Source: Candidatus Cloacimonadales bacterium
Lineage (GTDB): Bacteria > Cloacimonadota > Cloacimonadia > Cloacimonadales > JAFGVF01
Assembly (NCBI GenBank): GCA_963667035.1
Contig: OY762964.1
Span: forward strand, 416,001-480,000
Direction: 5' to 3'
Length of the DNA: 64,000 bases
Shown here: positions 39,417 to 50,800 of the stretch, in pieces
Layout of the letters: each line of letters starts with the position of its first letter
Numbering within the stretch: the first letter of the stretch is position 1
Notes under the pieces: generated by a model
Seen by the model: the letters and a program-made list of their open reading frames with translations, nothing else
What the model was told of the DNA's origin: nothing
Database searches by the model: none
Program-made: the position numbers and the translations under genes

Positions 39417-40091
39417 ATGATTAAGAAACTAATTCTGTTGCTTATACTGGTATTATTTATTACTATCAGCTCAGCTCAGGAGTATTCGAGAGGTAAAGCT
39501 ATAATAATGTCAGCATTAGTTCCTGGTTCAGGACAGTTATATACAGGACAGAAGACAATGGGAGCTACTCTTATTGCTACGGAGCTAGGATTAGTTTTTT
39601 CACTTCTAAGATTTCAAAAAGAGATTGATTGGGGAGTAGATCATTATCAGCAGTATGCTTTTGCCTATAATGATATTCCCATTGGAAGTAGTACTGATTT
39701 ATATCAAGATATGTATACATATGAATCGAGTGAAAAACATAATGAAGCTGTGATTAGAGATGCAAGAAATTACTATCTCATTTATACGAATGACCCTGAA
39801 AGCTATTATGCCTATATTCAAAAGTTTGCATATAGTGGAGATGAAACATGGGATTGGAGTACAAAAGATAGATGGATGAAATATAGAAGTATTAAAGTGA
39901 GAAAACAAAACTTTGAAGTTTATAAGAATCTTGCTGTCGGTGGATTAGTTATTAATCACTTGTTCAGTACAATTCAAACAATCATCTCTACTCGTCCTCA
40001 TAAAACAGTATTGTCACAAATAAGCAATATAAATATTCAACCAGATTATATTAATAATGGAGTCAATGTTGTTTACTCATACAAATTTTAA
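39417..40091 (+). CDS. DUF5683-like putative outer-membrane protein
   Basis: Signal peptide, SALVPGSGQLY motif, NHLFS, ends YSYKF. Confidence 0.65.
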   Translation: MIKKLILLLILVLFITISSAQEYSRGKAIIMSALVPGSGQLYTGQKTMGATLIATELGLVFSLLRFQKEIDWGVDHYQQYAFAYNDIPIGSSTDLYQDMYTYESSEKHNEAVIRDARNYYLIYTNDPESYYAYIQKFAYSGDETWDWSTKDRWMKYRSIKVRKQNFEVYKNLAVGGLVINHLFSTIQTIISTRPHKTVLSQISNINIQPDYINNGVNVVYSYKF

Positions 40092-40737
40092 AAGAACAAT
40101 TCTGCTAAGTGTTATTGCTCTACTATCATTATCTTTGAATGCAGGGATTTCAGATAGAATCCCCCCTATCATTAAATCAATAATACTTCCAGGTTGGGGA
40201 GAGATCTCCCAAGGTTACAATCGTGGATATGCACAAATGTTCGTAGATGCTGGATTATGGACAAGTTTGTTCTACTACAACGAAGAATCAGATTTGTTTC
40301 AAGAAAAGGCATATGATTACGCAGTAAGATTTGCAGGGATTTCAAACACAAACCATAGTGAACAATATCTTGTTGATATTGGTAAGTATGATCATAGCGG
40401 ATTCGACGTTAGAGGTTATAATGCAATGATTGTTGTCATGGCTAACCATGAATATTCTACAGATAATGAATCAAGGCAGCAGTACATACAAGACAATATA
40501 TATAGTGATGATATGGCTTGGGAGTGGGAATCTGTTCAACATAGATCAAAGTATACTTCATATAGAAAAAAGTCGATGGATTGTGATGATTACGCAGGAA
40601 TGATATCCGGACTTTTAATTGTTAATCGTGTTGCGAGTTGTATTGATTTATTGATTATCAAACAAAGTAAGCTTAAAGCTATGACATCATTATATGATTA
40701 TCAAACTCCTATGATAAACCTTAGTTTCGAATTTTAA
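40057..40737 (+). CDS. DUF5683-like putative outer-membrane protein
   Basis: SIILPGWGE motif, NRVAS.ID, ends LSFEF; start uncertain. Confidence 0.62.
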   Translation: MESMLFTHTNFKRTILLSVIALLSLSLNAGISDRIPPIIKSIILPGWGEISQGYNRGYAQMFVDAGLWTSLFYYNEESDLFQEKAYDYAVRFAGISNTNHSEQYLVDIGKYDHSGFDVRGYNAMIVVMANHEYSTDNESRQQYIQDNIYSDDMAWEWESVQHRSKYTSYRKKSMDCDDYAGMISGLLIVNRVASCIDLLIIKQSKLKAMTSLYDYQTPMINLSFEF

Positions 40738-40758
40738 CAATTCAAAATTTTTTACCGG

Positions 40759-40811
40759 TTATAAATATTAGAAAACCCGACTTTTTAAGTCGGGTTTTCT
40801 AATATTTATAA
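40759..40811. terminator. Bidirectional terminator, perfect 25-bp inverted repeat
   Basis: TTATAAATATTAGAAAACCCGACTT-ttt-AAGTCGGGTTTTCTAATATTTATAA between convergent genes. Confidence 0.85.
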
Positions 40812-40822
40812 TAATTTAAGAG

Positions 40823-41155
40823 TTAGAAATTCTCAATATCACCATTTTCAGCAAAATAAGTATTGTTCCATGTCCATCGCATTATTCTGCAGACTCCCCA
40901 AGGAGAGTAAAGCCCAAATGTGATAATTGTCAGAATAAAAATAAGCAGATAGTTCCCGAAGAAACCTGCTCCAGAACCTTTGAAAACAAGGCGTTTCCCA
41001 TTTATGTATACGTTAGAGAAAATCCATTTCAACTGTTGAACATAAGCCCAAGGAAAGTATAGTCCAAGGGTAATAATAGTTAACACAGATGTCCAAATCA
41101 TAAGCCACCAAAAGCTTAAGCCATTTCCTTTGAATTCGAATTTACCACTTGCCAT
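40823..41155 (-). CDS. Small DUF898/YjgN-like membrane protein
   Basis: Duplicated F.G.G...LTIITLG.Y.PW motif; GGAGG RBS. Confidence 0.82.
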   Translation of the reverse strand: MASGKFEFKGNGLSFWWLMIWTSVLTIITLGLYFPWAYVQQLKWIFSNVYINGKRLVFKGSGAGFFGNYLLIFILTIITFGLYSPWGVCRIMRWTWNNTYFAENGDIENF

Positions 41156-41328
41156 ATTTTTACCTCCAATATGTAATAAGTTGAACTATTAGGATTAGAT
41201 AAAAATTGTAAAGAAAAAACAATTACACTAACCTTTAACTATATAATCAGTTACATGCGGATAGCTATAGATATAACTGTAATAGAGCTTGTCTACGTAT
41301 CATCGCATAGTAAATCATTTGAAGGCTT

Positions 41329-43176
41329 CTACTTCATCAAAATCATTTTTTTGCTCTAGTAAATGAATCTGATTCCATTTTATAGAAGTATATCCCGTTA
41401 GATACATTGTTACCATTACTATCTCTACCATCCCATACTATTTTATTTACCTCGGGAGTAAAGTTCATCTTACCAATTTGTCTTATTAACTGCCCTTTGA
41501 TATTATAAATATGTATTGATAGAGATCCAGTTGTTTTAAGGTCGAAACTGATAGTTGTTTCATTGCTAAATGGATTAGGATAATTATTCAGAAGATCTGT
41601 AATTTGTGGGACATCGTTTTGCTCTTCGTTATCAATAGAAGTTGAATTAATGATCATAATATCATCAATACAAACTTCTCCATGAACAGTAGATTCATCC
41701 ACTATAGCCATGAAGTCGAGTATCACTTGTTGATTAGCATATTCGGAAAGCGATATCTCATAGTTTACCCATTCTGAAGCTCCATCAATATCGGTTAGTT
41801 GTGCTATGTTAGTAATTACGTTATCAACAATTGTATTAACTTGTAATTCAGAATTATTAATAGCATCACCAATCCAGTAGTTAAATGAGAGAGTAGGAGT
41901 AGCAATTCCTGATAGGTTAAATGGTAACGAATACATATGAGTATCTACATGCATAGAAGAAATAGAAGTGCAGTCTACAGCAAGATAATATCCATTGTTT
42001 CCGGTAGCATCCCCATTAGCTCCATTACTATATGAATCATAGTTTTTTAAAATCCAATCATTCATCTCAGTATCTATTGTCCATTCTATAGGGAAAATGT
42101 TAGTATCAAATGATTGTATGTATGGGTAATCTGAAACAATAGGATTATATCCGATACCTGTAAGTAGAATAGGGAATGAACCGTATGTTGCACAATCAAC
42201 AATTATAGTAGTTTGATGGAGTCCATCACTAGTGGGGTGAAAGACTAGATGATTTGTGTCAACTTCAAGAGGGAAAATTGTTAAAGGGTAATCAATAGTA
42301 TTACTAATTGAGAAATTGACGTTATCATCAGATTCAATTGATACAATATTGAAATCCACCATTATAGTATTTTGCATCGTAATTTGGATTGGTTGCGATT
42401 CATTTTCTGTTAAGATTGTTCCAAAATCAACTTCATTCGGAGTGATTAACAATGCTGGACTTGGCAAGGGGAAATACTCTAAGCGAATGTTAGGGATTAA
42501 CGATACTGTTTGCATAGCTGCAATTAGGATTAATACTATCGTTATGGTAGTAAATACTTCTGCTTTCGTTACAATATGAGCAGTAAAAATCACCACTAAT
42601 AATTGTATAACCTGATTGATTCTCCTCTATAGCTATGACAAGATTATCAGTATTATTATACTGAAAAGTATTGTTAAGATCAAACTCTATCCAGCCATCT
42701 GCTAGAATGGTAGATGGTTGACCAGAATAAACCTCAGTTAACTGATCAATTGGAATCCAACTATCTACAGTTGAGAAACTTGTATTGCTAGTGTACCACA
42801 TGTATATTGACCAGTTATCACTATTATCCAATGAACCATTGTTTGTGTAGTGGTAAGAGATTTTTTCTATTATAGCATTGGAGAGGTTTAACTCTGATTG
42901 TAAATAAACTGACTGCGAGTAAGAGTAGCCATAATTAGGTGTAATTGGCAACTGTTGGTTCATTATAGTCCCATCACCGATTGTGATGTATTCGTTTCTT
43001 AAATTTTCTTCATCATTTTATAATGATTGATTTGTAAAATCAGAGAAAGAATTTCCATTAGTATCTTTAGTCTTGGGTCTAATCGTAAGGGCTCTTTGAG
43101 CACTTGTTTCTACTTCCTCTGTAAATAGCCAAAGTGTAAATAATAGAGCAATACTAACTAAAACAGATTTCTTCAT
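41329..43176 (-). pseudogene. Disrupted secreted CTD protein (Ig-like plus MAM/cleaved-adhesin-like domains)
   Basis: GGAGG + ATG 43176 signal peptide; in-frame TAA at 43018-43020; frameshift near 42510; one A missing in the A-tract near 41350 that would restore KKMILMK*. Confidence 0.82.
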
Positions 43177-43541
43177 CACCTATTCCTCCGTAAAAAATGA
43201 TTCCAATTTGCTAATAGTGTTTTGTTACTCAATGATAGAACAGTGTAACTTGTTTTCCTATGCAATTCTAAGATAGTATCTTATCTAAATACATGTAAAA
43301 TGATTTTTATAAAAATGATGTTTCTAATATATAAATTCAATCTATAGCAAACCAGTATAGATTTTTTAATTATACACTAAGGATTGTCTATGAATTGATG
43401 TCAATGCGTAGAATGAAACTTATTCTCATAAGCAATCCATTAAAGATAAATAAGTGTATTAAATATACAATTTCTTGCTAATAAATTTGACAATCAGAGT
43501 AAGTGACATTTGTTTAGAAAAAATAGGATTAAGGATAGTAA

Positions 43542-44513
43542 ATGAGGAATATTGTTATTACAGGAGCAAATGGGTTTGTGGGAAGTTATCTTGTTAATCT
43601 ATTGGATAAGACTGATGATAATGTGATTGCTCTTGTAAGAAATGGATCTAGAACTGATTTAATAGAGAATCAATCACTAGTCGTAATGGTTGATTATGAA
43701 GATAGTTTGTCACTAACTAACATAATTTCTTCAGCTGATGTAATTGTGCATTGTGCAGGATTAACAAAAGCTAGAAGACAATCAGACTATCAGAAAGTAA
43801 ATGTTGGGTTAACAAAGAAGTTTGTTGAGATTGTAAACTCATTAGAGAGAAGAATACAGTTTATCCTTTTGAGTTCTCAGGCAGCAGCCGGGATGGCTAC
43901 TAAAGGTAGATTGAAAAAAGAAGAAGATGATTGTAAACCACTTACTTTCTATGGACAAAGCAAGTTGGATGCTGAAGAATATGTAAGATCAGACTGCAAT
44001 CAACCTTGGACTATAATACGTCCGGTTTCTGTTTATGGACCTGGAGATAAAGATTTTTTTGAATACTTTAAATTGGTAGAGTCGCATCTTGGATTGGTTA
44101 TTGGGCATAATAAACTAGCTAATTTTGTTTTCGTAAAAGAGCTCTGTGAATTTATTATGTTATCTATAGGTAATAAAAAAGCATATAATGAACTATTCTT
44201 TGTTAATGACGGGAAAGCATATTTTCAAGAGGATTTTGTTGATACCCTTTCAGAGGTTATGGGCGGATATATGATTAAGATACATATACCTGAGATTACC
44301 CTTTATCCTGTTGCTATTATTTCCGAAGTGATTTCTTTCTTTACCGATAAAGCAGTGCTGATTAATCTACAGAAAGTTAAAGAATTTAAAGGTGAAAACT
44401 GGCTTTGTAGTATCGATAAAGCTAGAAGTATATTAGGATATAAGCCATGTCCTAATTTAAAAAAGAATATTGAAGATACCTTGAATTGGTATAAGGAAAA
44501 CGAATGGTTGTAA
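43542..44513 (+). CDS. NAD-dependent epimerase/dehydratase (extended SDR)
   Basis: TGANGFVG, HCAG, SSQAA, YGQSK, RPVSVYGPGD. Confidence 0.92.
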   Translation: MRNIVITGANGFVGSYLVNLLDKTDDNVIALVRNGSRTDLIENQSLVVMVDYEDSLSLTNIISSADVIVHCAGLTKARRQSDYQKVNVGLTKKFVEIVNSLERRIQFILLSSQAAAGMATKGRLKKEEDDCKPLTFYGQSKLDAEEYVRSDCNQPWTIIRPVSVYGPGDKDFFEYFKLVESHLGLVIGHNKLANFVFVKELCEFIMLSIGNKKAYNELFFVNDGKAYFQEDFVDTLSEVMGGYMIKIHIPEITLYPVAIISEVISFFTDKAVLINLQKVKEFKGENWLCSIDKARSILGYKPCPNLKKNIEDTLNWYKENEWL

Positions 44514-46462
44514 GAAAGCTTTTAACATTAATTATAGTACTTTATTCATATACAGTTTTTTCTCAAGAAGTTCCATCATTTGTCCCATCTCACCCTGTAA
44601 ACAATTTATACATAGTTGTTGAAGATGAGGATTTTACTTTTCCTATTCCGCCTATGTTTAAAGCTATTATAACAGTGGAAGCGGATAGTACAGTCTCCTA
44701 TGTAAACATACTTAACAAGGAGTATTCTGATAAAGAAGACTGGAAAACGGAGATAATGACATGGAAGTTTTATCCTGCAATGCAGGATAGTGTTCAAGTG
44801 CAGTCAAATGAATTATTTGAGATTCAATTACTATCGAAGAAAGAAGAGATTAAGGAAAAGAGTAAAGTAGGGTTCAAATTGAATGAAACTAAAGCAAGGA
44901 TAGTTGAATTTGCTAATAAGGATATAAGAAATTATTACGATAACTTGAGTTTGTTAAATCCGGGAGTATATGTTTCAAATCTGCATTTTGCGTCACCCTT
45001 GATAAATGAAATGATTATTACAGAGGATTCTTTTACTACTCTTTCTGATATAACTACACCATTGTTTAGATTTAAGACAGGTTTTAGTGGAACTAGACTA
45101 AAAAGAGTTGGGGATTACTATGAACAGAATCAACCGTATTATCCATACCAGCCTGCATTGACAACTATATATGCAGGAATGGGTGAGAATGATCATAATA
45201 TTGCAGTAATCGGATTTATGAAAAACAACATTCTTGATATCAAAGACCTGTATGTTAGAGCTGATATGCATTTTGAATATGGTTTTTGGGGTAATGCTAT
45301 AGAAACAACAGGTAATAATAAGTTTACAGTTGGTTATAAAAGCAAGATTGGTGACGTAACATTGAAATATAAGCGTTTGAATCAAGAGATACCATCCATT
45401 AACATAATGCCTGTTTATAAACTTGGCACTTATGATGTTACAAGTCAAAGAGGATATGTAATGTCTTCAGTGTTTAAAAGTAAATACTTTCTGCTTGGAT
45501 ACCAAGAAACAAACAAAAAGTTTAAAATTCTGGAAGAGGATGGTTCTAAATTTAAAGATGTATCTAAGCAGTATCTAACCGGAATAAAGTACGAACATGA
45601 TGCGTTAGCATCCTCATTGAATTATGAATATGTTGATAGGAAAACGAATTATGATGTAGTCGAATTGTATCAAGATAGCCCCGATTCAAAGCATATTCTT
45701 TCATTTAAATCAATTGTGAATACAAAATATCTTAAGTATGAAAGAATCCTTCTTTATAAAATGGAGCCCAAACAGTTAAACTATCAAAACGAATTGCATC
45801 TCCCTATTGCAAAATGGTTACAATTAAGAGGTGAGTACACATATAGAGAAAGAGATAGACATGAAACTAGTGTTGGAGTGGATTCATTGAATTACAAAGA
45901 AAGCTTCGAAGATTACACTGAAGCTTATAACAAACAGAAATGGGGTGGAGGTTTAGCTTTCAATTTCCCAATGCTAAGTATAGAAGCTCTATCCGGAATG
46001 AAGAAGACATATAACTTTCAACAAGACCAGATAGGTGAAGAAGTTGAAATCAAAGAATTTGATAGAGAGGATCTTTACATATCATTAAAAGCTTCTCTGA
46101 GGTGGAAGTTGAATGATGTGGATTTTACATTATCTAACAACACAAACTATCAGAAAAAAATTAACGAGTTATTTTACTATCCGGAGATACAATCAAGAAC
46201 ATCAATGCAAGCTAGGAAGCAATTAGAGCATGACAACGCATTGAAGACAGGTGTAAACAGTGTTTATATATCGGGTTATTTAAGTGAGAGAGGAGTAACG
46301 TCAGAGTATCTAATTGTAGATTGGTATTTTGGTTTTGAGATTTCTAAACTGTTTGAATTAAGAGGTTACATAAAGAATGTACTGAATGAACTGGATATTC
46401 TGAGAAGAGATTTAATACCTAGGACCTATATGGCAACTATGCAGTGGAACTTCATTAATTAA
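44504..46462 (+). CDS. Putative outer-membrane beta-barrel protein
   Basis: Signal peptide, alternating aromatic beta-strands, ends WNFIN. Confidence 0.6.
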   Translation: MVVRKLLTLIIVLYSYTVFSQEVPSFVPSHPVNNLYIVVEDEDFTFPIPPMFKAIITVEADSTVSYVNILNKEYSDKEDWKTEIMTWKFYPAMQDSVQVQSNELFEIQLLSKKEEIKEKSKVGFKLNETKARIVEFANKDIRNYYDNLSLLNPGVYVSNLHFASPLINEMIITEDSFTTLSDITTPLFRFKTGFSGTRLKRVGDYYEQNQPYYPYQPALTTIYAGMGENDHNIAVIGFMKNNILDIKDLYVRADMHFEYGFWGNAIETTGNNKFTVGYKSKIGDVTLKYKRLNQEIPSINIMPVYKLGTYDVTSQRGYVMSSVFKSKYFLLGYQETNKKFKILEEDGSKFKDVSKQYLTGIKYEHDALASSLNYEYVDRKTNYDVVELYQDSPDSKHILSFKSIVNTKYLKYERILLYKMEPKQLNYQNELHLPIAKWLQLRGEYTYRERDRHETSVGVDSLNYKESFEDYTEAYNKQKWGGGLAFNFPMLSIEALSGMKKTYNFQQDQIGEEVEIKEFDREDLYISLKASLRWKLNDVDFTLSNNTNYQKKINELFYYPEIQSRTSMQARKQLEHDNALKTGVNSVYISGYLSERGVTSEYLIVDWYFGFEISKLFELRGYIKNVLNELDILRRDLIPRTYMATMQWNFIN

Positions 46463-46571
46463 AATAATATAGAAAATGATATTTTAAATAGTGTTAACAA
46501 TAGATATTTTTCTTGCCCCTCTTTACTAAGTTGTAAAGTTGGGTAATAATATAAATCAAAGGAGATATAAA

Positions 46572-47573
46572 ATGGGTTTCAATCTTCGTAACAGACATTT
46601 TCTTACTCTCTTGGATTTTACTCCAAAAGAGATTAATTTTCTGCTCGACCTTTCAGCTAATTTAAAAGAGGCAAAATACACTGGTACAGAGCAACCACGT
46701 CTTCAAGGAAAAAACATTGCCCTTATCTTTGAAAAAGCTTCTACCCGTACAAGATGTGCTTTTGAAGTTGCAGCTTACGACCAAGGAGCTCATGTAACAT
46801 ATCTTGGCCCTTCAGGAAGCCAGATTGGTTATAAAGAATCTATTGCAGATACTGCTAGAGTACTTGGTAGAATGTATGATGGTATTGAGTATCGCGGATA
46901 TGGTCAAGAAGTTGTTGAAGCTTTAGCTGAGCATTCAGGTGTTGTTGTTTGGAATGGCTTGACTACAGAGGATCATCCAACTCAGATACTTGCAGATTTT
47001 CTTACAATTAAAGAACACCTCAAGAAACCGCTTGAAGATGTTATCTTTACTTATGCAGGAGATGGTAGAAATAATATGGCTAATGGTCTGATGATTGGAG
47101 CAGCTAAAGTTGGTATGGACTTTAGAATAGTTACTCCAAAATCTCTTTTCCCTGACGAAAAGCTTGTTGTACAATGCAGAGAAATTGCCAAAGAAACAGG
47201 TGCAAAAATTACTATTACTGAAGATGTTGCTGCAGGTGTAAAAGATACAGATGTTATCTATACTGATGTGTGGGTATCAATGGGAGAGCCAAAAGAAGTT
47301 TGGAAAGAAAGAATAGAACTCTTAACTCCTTATCAGGTTAATGCTGAGATGATGTCTCTTACAGGAAAACCTAACACCTTATTCATGCATTGCTTACCAG
47401 CATTCCATGACTTTACAACTACTCTTGCAAAGGAACTTAAAGAAAACAATGGTTTGGATTGTAGAGAAGTTACTGATGATGTCTTTGAAAGTGCTAACTC
47501 TGTTGTCTTCGACGAGGCTGAAAACAGAATGCATACTATCAAAGCAGTAATGGTTGCAACTCTTGGTGACTAA
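46572..47573 (+). CDS. argF: Ornithine carbamoyltransferase
   Basis: STRTR, HPTQ, DVWVSMG, HCLP, AENR; AGGAG RBS before ATG 46572; anabolic vs catabolic role not resolvable. Confidence 0.95.
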   Translation: MGFNLRNRHFLTLLDFTPKEINFLLDLSANLKEAKYTGTEQPRLQGKNIALIFEKASTRTRCAFEVAAYDQGAHVTYLGPSGSQIGYKESIADTARVLGRMYDGIEYRGYGQEVVEALAEHSGVVVWNGLTTEDHPTQILADFLTIKEHLKKPLEDVIFTYAGDGRNNMANGLMIGAAKVGMDFRIVTPKSLFPDEKLVVQCREIAKETGAKITITEDVAAGVKDTDVIYTDVWVSMGEPKEVWKERIELLTPYQVNAEMMSLTGKPNTLFMHCLPAFHDFTTTLAKELKENNGLDCREVTDDVFESANSVVFDEAENRMHTIKAVMVATLGD

Positions 47574-47597
47574 TAGAAAATACTAATAGATATTCAT

Positions 47598-47623
47598 AAG
47601 CTCCCTTAATCGGGAGCTTTTTT
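47598..47623 (+). terminator. Intrinsic terminator after argF
   Basis: AAGCTCCC/GGGAGCTT hairpin plus T-tract. Confidence 0.82.
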
Positions 47624-47887
47624 GATTTTCTCATTTCTGTTGTTTACTACTAACATAAAGACAGTGACAACAAAATAACACAAATTAGTTAACTGACTCA
47701 ATCAAATAGAATCAAAGCAGATCTTATCATTTTCTTATAGTTTGCTCAAATACTCAATGAAACTTTACATATATACATAAATCAGGGAAAAACACCCGAT
47801 TGGAACAATTATTACATTTTAAGAATTTCGGTTAGTCTAATTGGGAAATGTGAGTTAAATAAACATTAGATAATGAGAGGTTATGAA

Positions 47888-50800
47888 ATGTGTAAAAAGA
47901 TCACGTTTTTTGTTCCCATCTTTTTGATTTTTTGGATAGGGTCATTGATAGCAAGTAATGATATTGCTTATGAGAACAGTAACAAGAACTCTTTTGAAAT
48001 TCTGGAATCCAGTGAGTCAGGACTAAAGATTAAATTCTCTTTACCGGAATATGAATTACAGACAGATAGGGCTTCCAGAGGAGCGGTTAAGATTATTAAA
48101 TCAGAATCTGTAACCAAAGCTTCTATTCCCGGAGTTAATGAAGTACCACTTTATACAACAACAGTTGCAATTCCCAATACGGGTAGTGTCGAATTGGAGA
48201 TATTGAGTCAGGAAACAGAATCAATTAATTTACCTTTTCTTCATTCTAAATTCGGTGATAGTAGCAGTGAAGTTATTGATCCTCTTACTGACTTGCGACT
48301 AGAAACCGGTAAGCTTTCATCTCCTGCCATCATCAGAGATTTGAGAGTTGTTAACCTGACTCTTTCTCCTTTTAAATATAACGTTGAAGAGGATAAACTG
48401 GAAGTATTAAAGGAAGTTACTTATAAATTAAACTATAAGCAAGACAGAGGTAATAATGAGTTAGTACGAAATGATAATACAATATCATCTTCTTTTATAC
48501 CTCTATATCGTTCTTTAGTTAGTAACTTTGATTTAATTTCTGACAGATATGAAATTGACTACAATAAGAGATTACTAATCGTTTATGGTAACTCGACAAA
48601 TGACCAATATATGGATAAATTAGATGAGTTTATCCGTTGGAAGAAACAGAAAGGTTATTCAGTAACGTATGCTTCCACTCAAACAACCGGTACAACTACA
48701 GGATCAATTAAAAGTTATATTCAAAGTAAGTATAACAACCACTATACAAGACCTGATTATGTGCTATTAATAGGTGATGTAACCGGTTCCTTATCTATCC
48801 CATGTTGGCAAGTCTATAATGGGGATTCTGACTATCCATTTACCCAGTTAGCAGGTGGAGATGATCTTGGAGATGTATTTATTGGGCGTATGCCTGCTGA
48901 AAATGTTACAGATTTTCTTACAATGGCAGAAAAAGTGTTTGTTTATGAGAGAGATCTAGTACCTATGCCTCCTGCGGCTACTGCTTGGTACAATAGAATG
49001 CTTTTAGTAGCAGATACAGCACCTTCAGGACAATCCTGTCAGTATGTGAATTACTATGCAAGACAGGTTTCCGAAATGGTTAATCCGGATTATGACTATG
49101 TAGAACTATATGCTGCACAGCCTTCTGCTCAAACTATGACAGCAACAATAAATCAAGGTGTATCTTTCTTTAACTATAGAGGACATATTAACATGAGTTA
49201 TTGGGATATGCCTTCAGAGGGTGAATACACTAATGCTAATAGATTACCGCATTGTGTTATAAATACTTGTGCTACAGGTAACTTTGGAAGTACCGATGTT
49301 TCTGATAGCTTTGTCAGATTCGGTTCGCCCGCTCTACCTAAAGGAGGTCTTACAGCTATTGGTATGGCTACCTCCGATACTCACACAATGCTTAATAATG
49401 TTCTGAGTTCCGGAACATTTGAAGGTATATTTGTTCATGGTATGCGTGATATGAGTGCTCCTTTACTACATTCTAAATGGTTACTATATTTTGTTTATCA
49501 TGATTTGTTACCTGTAAAGGCTGTAGAGTTTCCGGGATGGTGTAACCTGATGGGTGATCCTACTGTAGAAGTATTTGTCGGAGATCCCGAGAGTTTAAGT
49601 GTGCAATATCGTGAGAGCGTAAGAAATAGCGATACTGTATATTCTGTGAAAGTAAATGATGCTGATGGAAATGATGTAAATGATGCTTGTGTAACAATTC
49701 TCTATAATAATACACAGCTTATCGCTTATACTAATACTAGTGGTATTGCGACCTTGTCACTTCCAAGTAATATGAATGTTGGTGAAGATTTTACTTTAAC
49801 CGTCTCTAAACACGATTTTATTCCTGTTATAAGAACAATTGATATCAATGCTGAGAGTGTTTTAAGAATAGTTAATGCTAATTTTAATGATTCAAACAGT
49901 GGCAATGGAGATTCAATTGTTAACGCCGGTGAGCAAATCGAGCTTAATGTTGAATTCGAAAACATAAGTGATAGTAGTTATGCTCAGTCACAGCTAACAT
50001 TAACAACTGAAGATTCCTACTTAACAGTTAACAATGGTAACTCTCAGTTATCAGCAATTGCTGCTGGAAATACAGCTACCAACTCAACTCCATTTACAAT
50101 AACCATAGATCCCAATACTCCTGATGAGCATCTCGGAGAATTGATAATAAGTGATGGTGTTAATTCTTTCTCTACAAGAATCGAGATTCTTAATGGTGTA
50201 ATGGAAGTTACAAGTTTTCAGATATTCGATAATAATGGTGTGCTCGATATTGACGAACAAGTAAACATCTTACTTAACTTAGAGAATACCGGTTCACATG
50301 TGTTAAATGGTATTGTTGTTGAACTTAGCTCTGAATCAGAATTAGTTTATTTCCCTGACGGCAGTGCTTTTTTTGGAAATGCCCAACCGGGTCAAACATT
50401 ATCTAACATTACAGACGGTATCACAATTGGAACTAGAGTTGAATTCTTAACAGGGACAGATGTACATCTTAATGCTAGAATTACAGATAATAATGGATAT
50501 GTACAAGATAGAGAAATAGTTATTGCCGGCAGTACTCCGGGAGTAGGAAATCCATCCGGACCTGATTCTTTTGGACACTTCATTTATCATAGTAGTGATA
50601 CGAACTGGAGTGATGCTCCTGAATACGACTGGATAGAAATAGCTACTCACCAGAATGGTGACGGAACTCAGATATATCTTACCGATACATCACATGATGA
50701 TGATAATAGTGATTTTGTAGATATAGTTGCTTTTGGTAATGCCCAACTTCCATTCGATTTCACTTTCTATGGTGTGGATTATGATGAAGTCTATATATGC

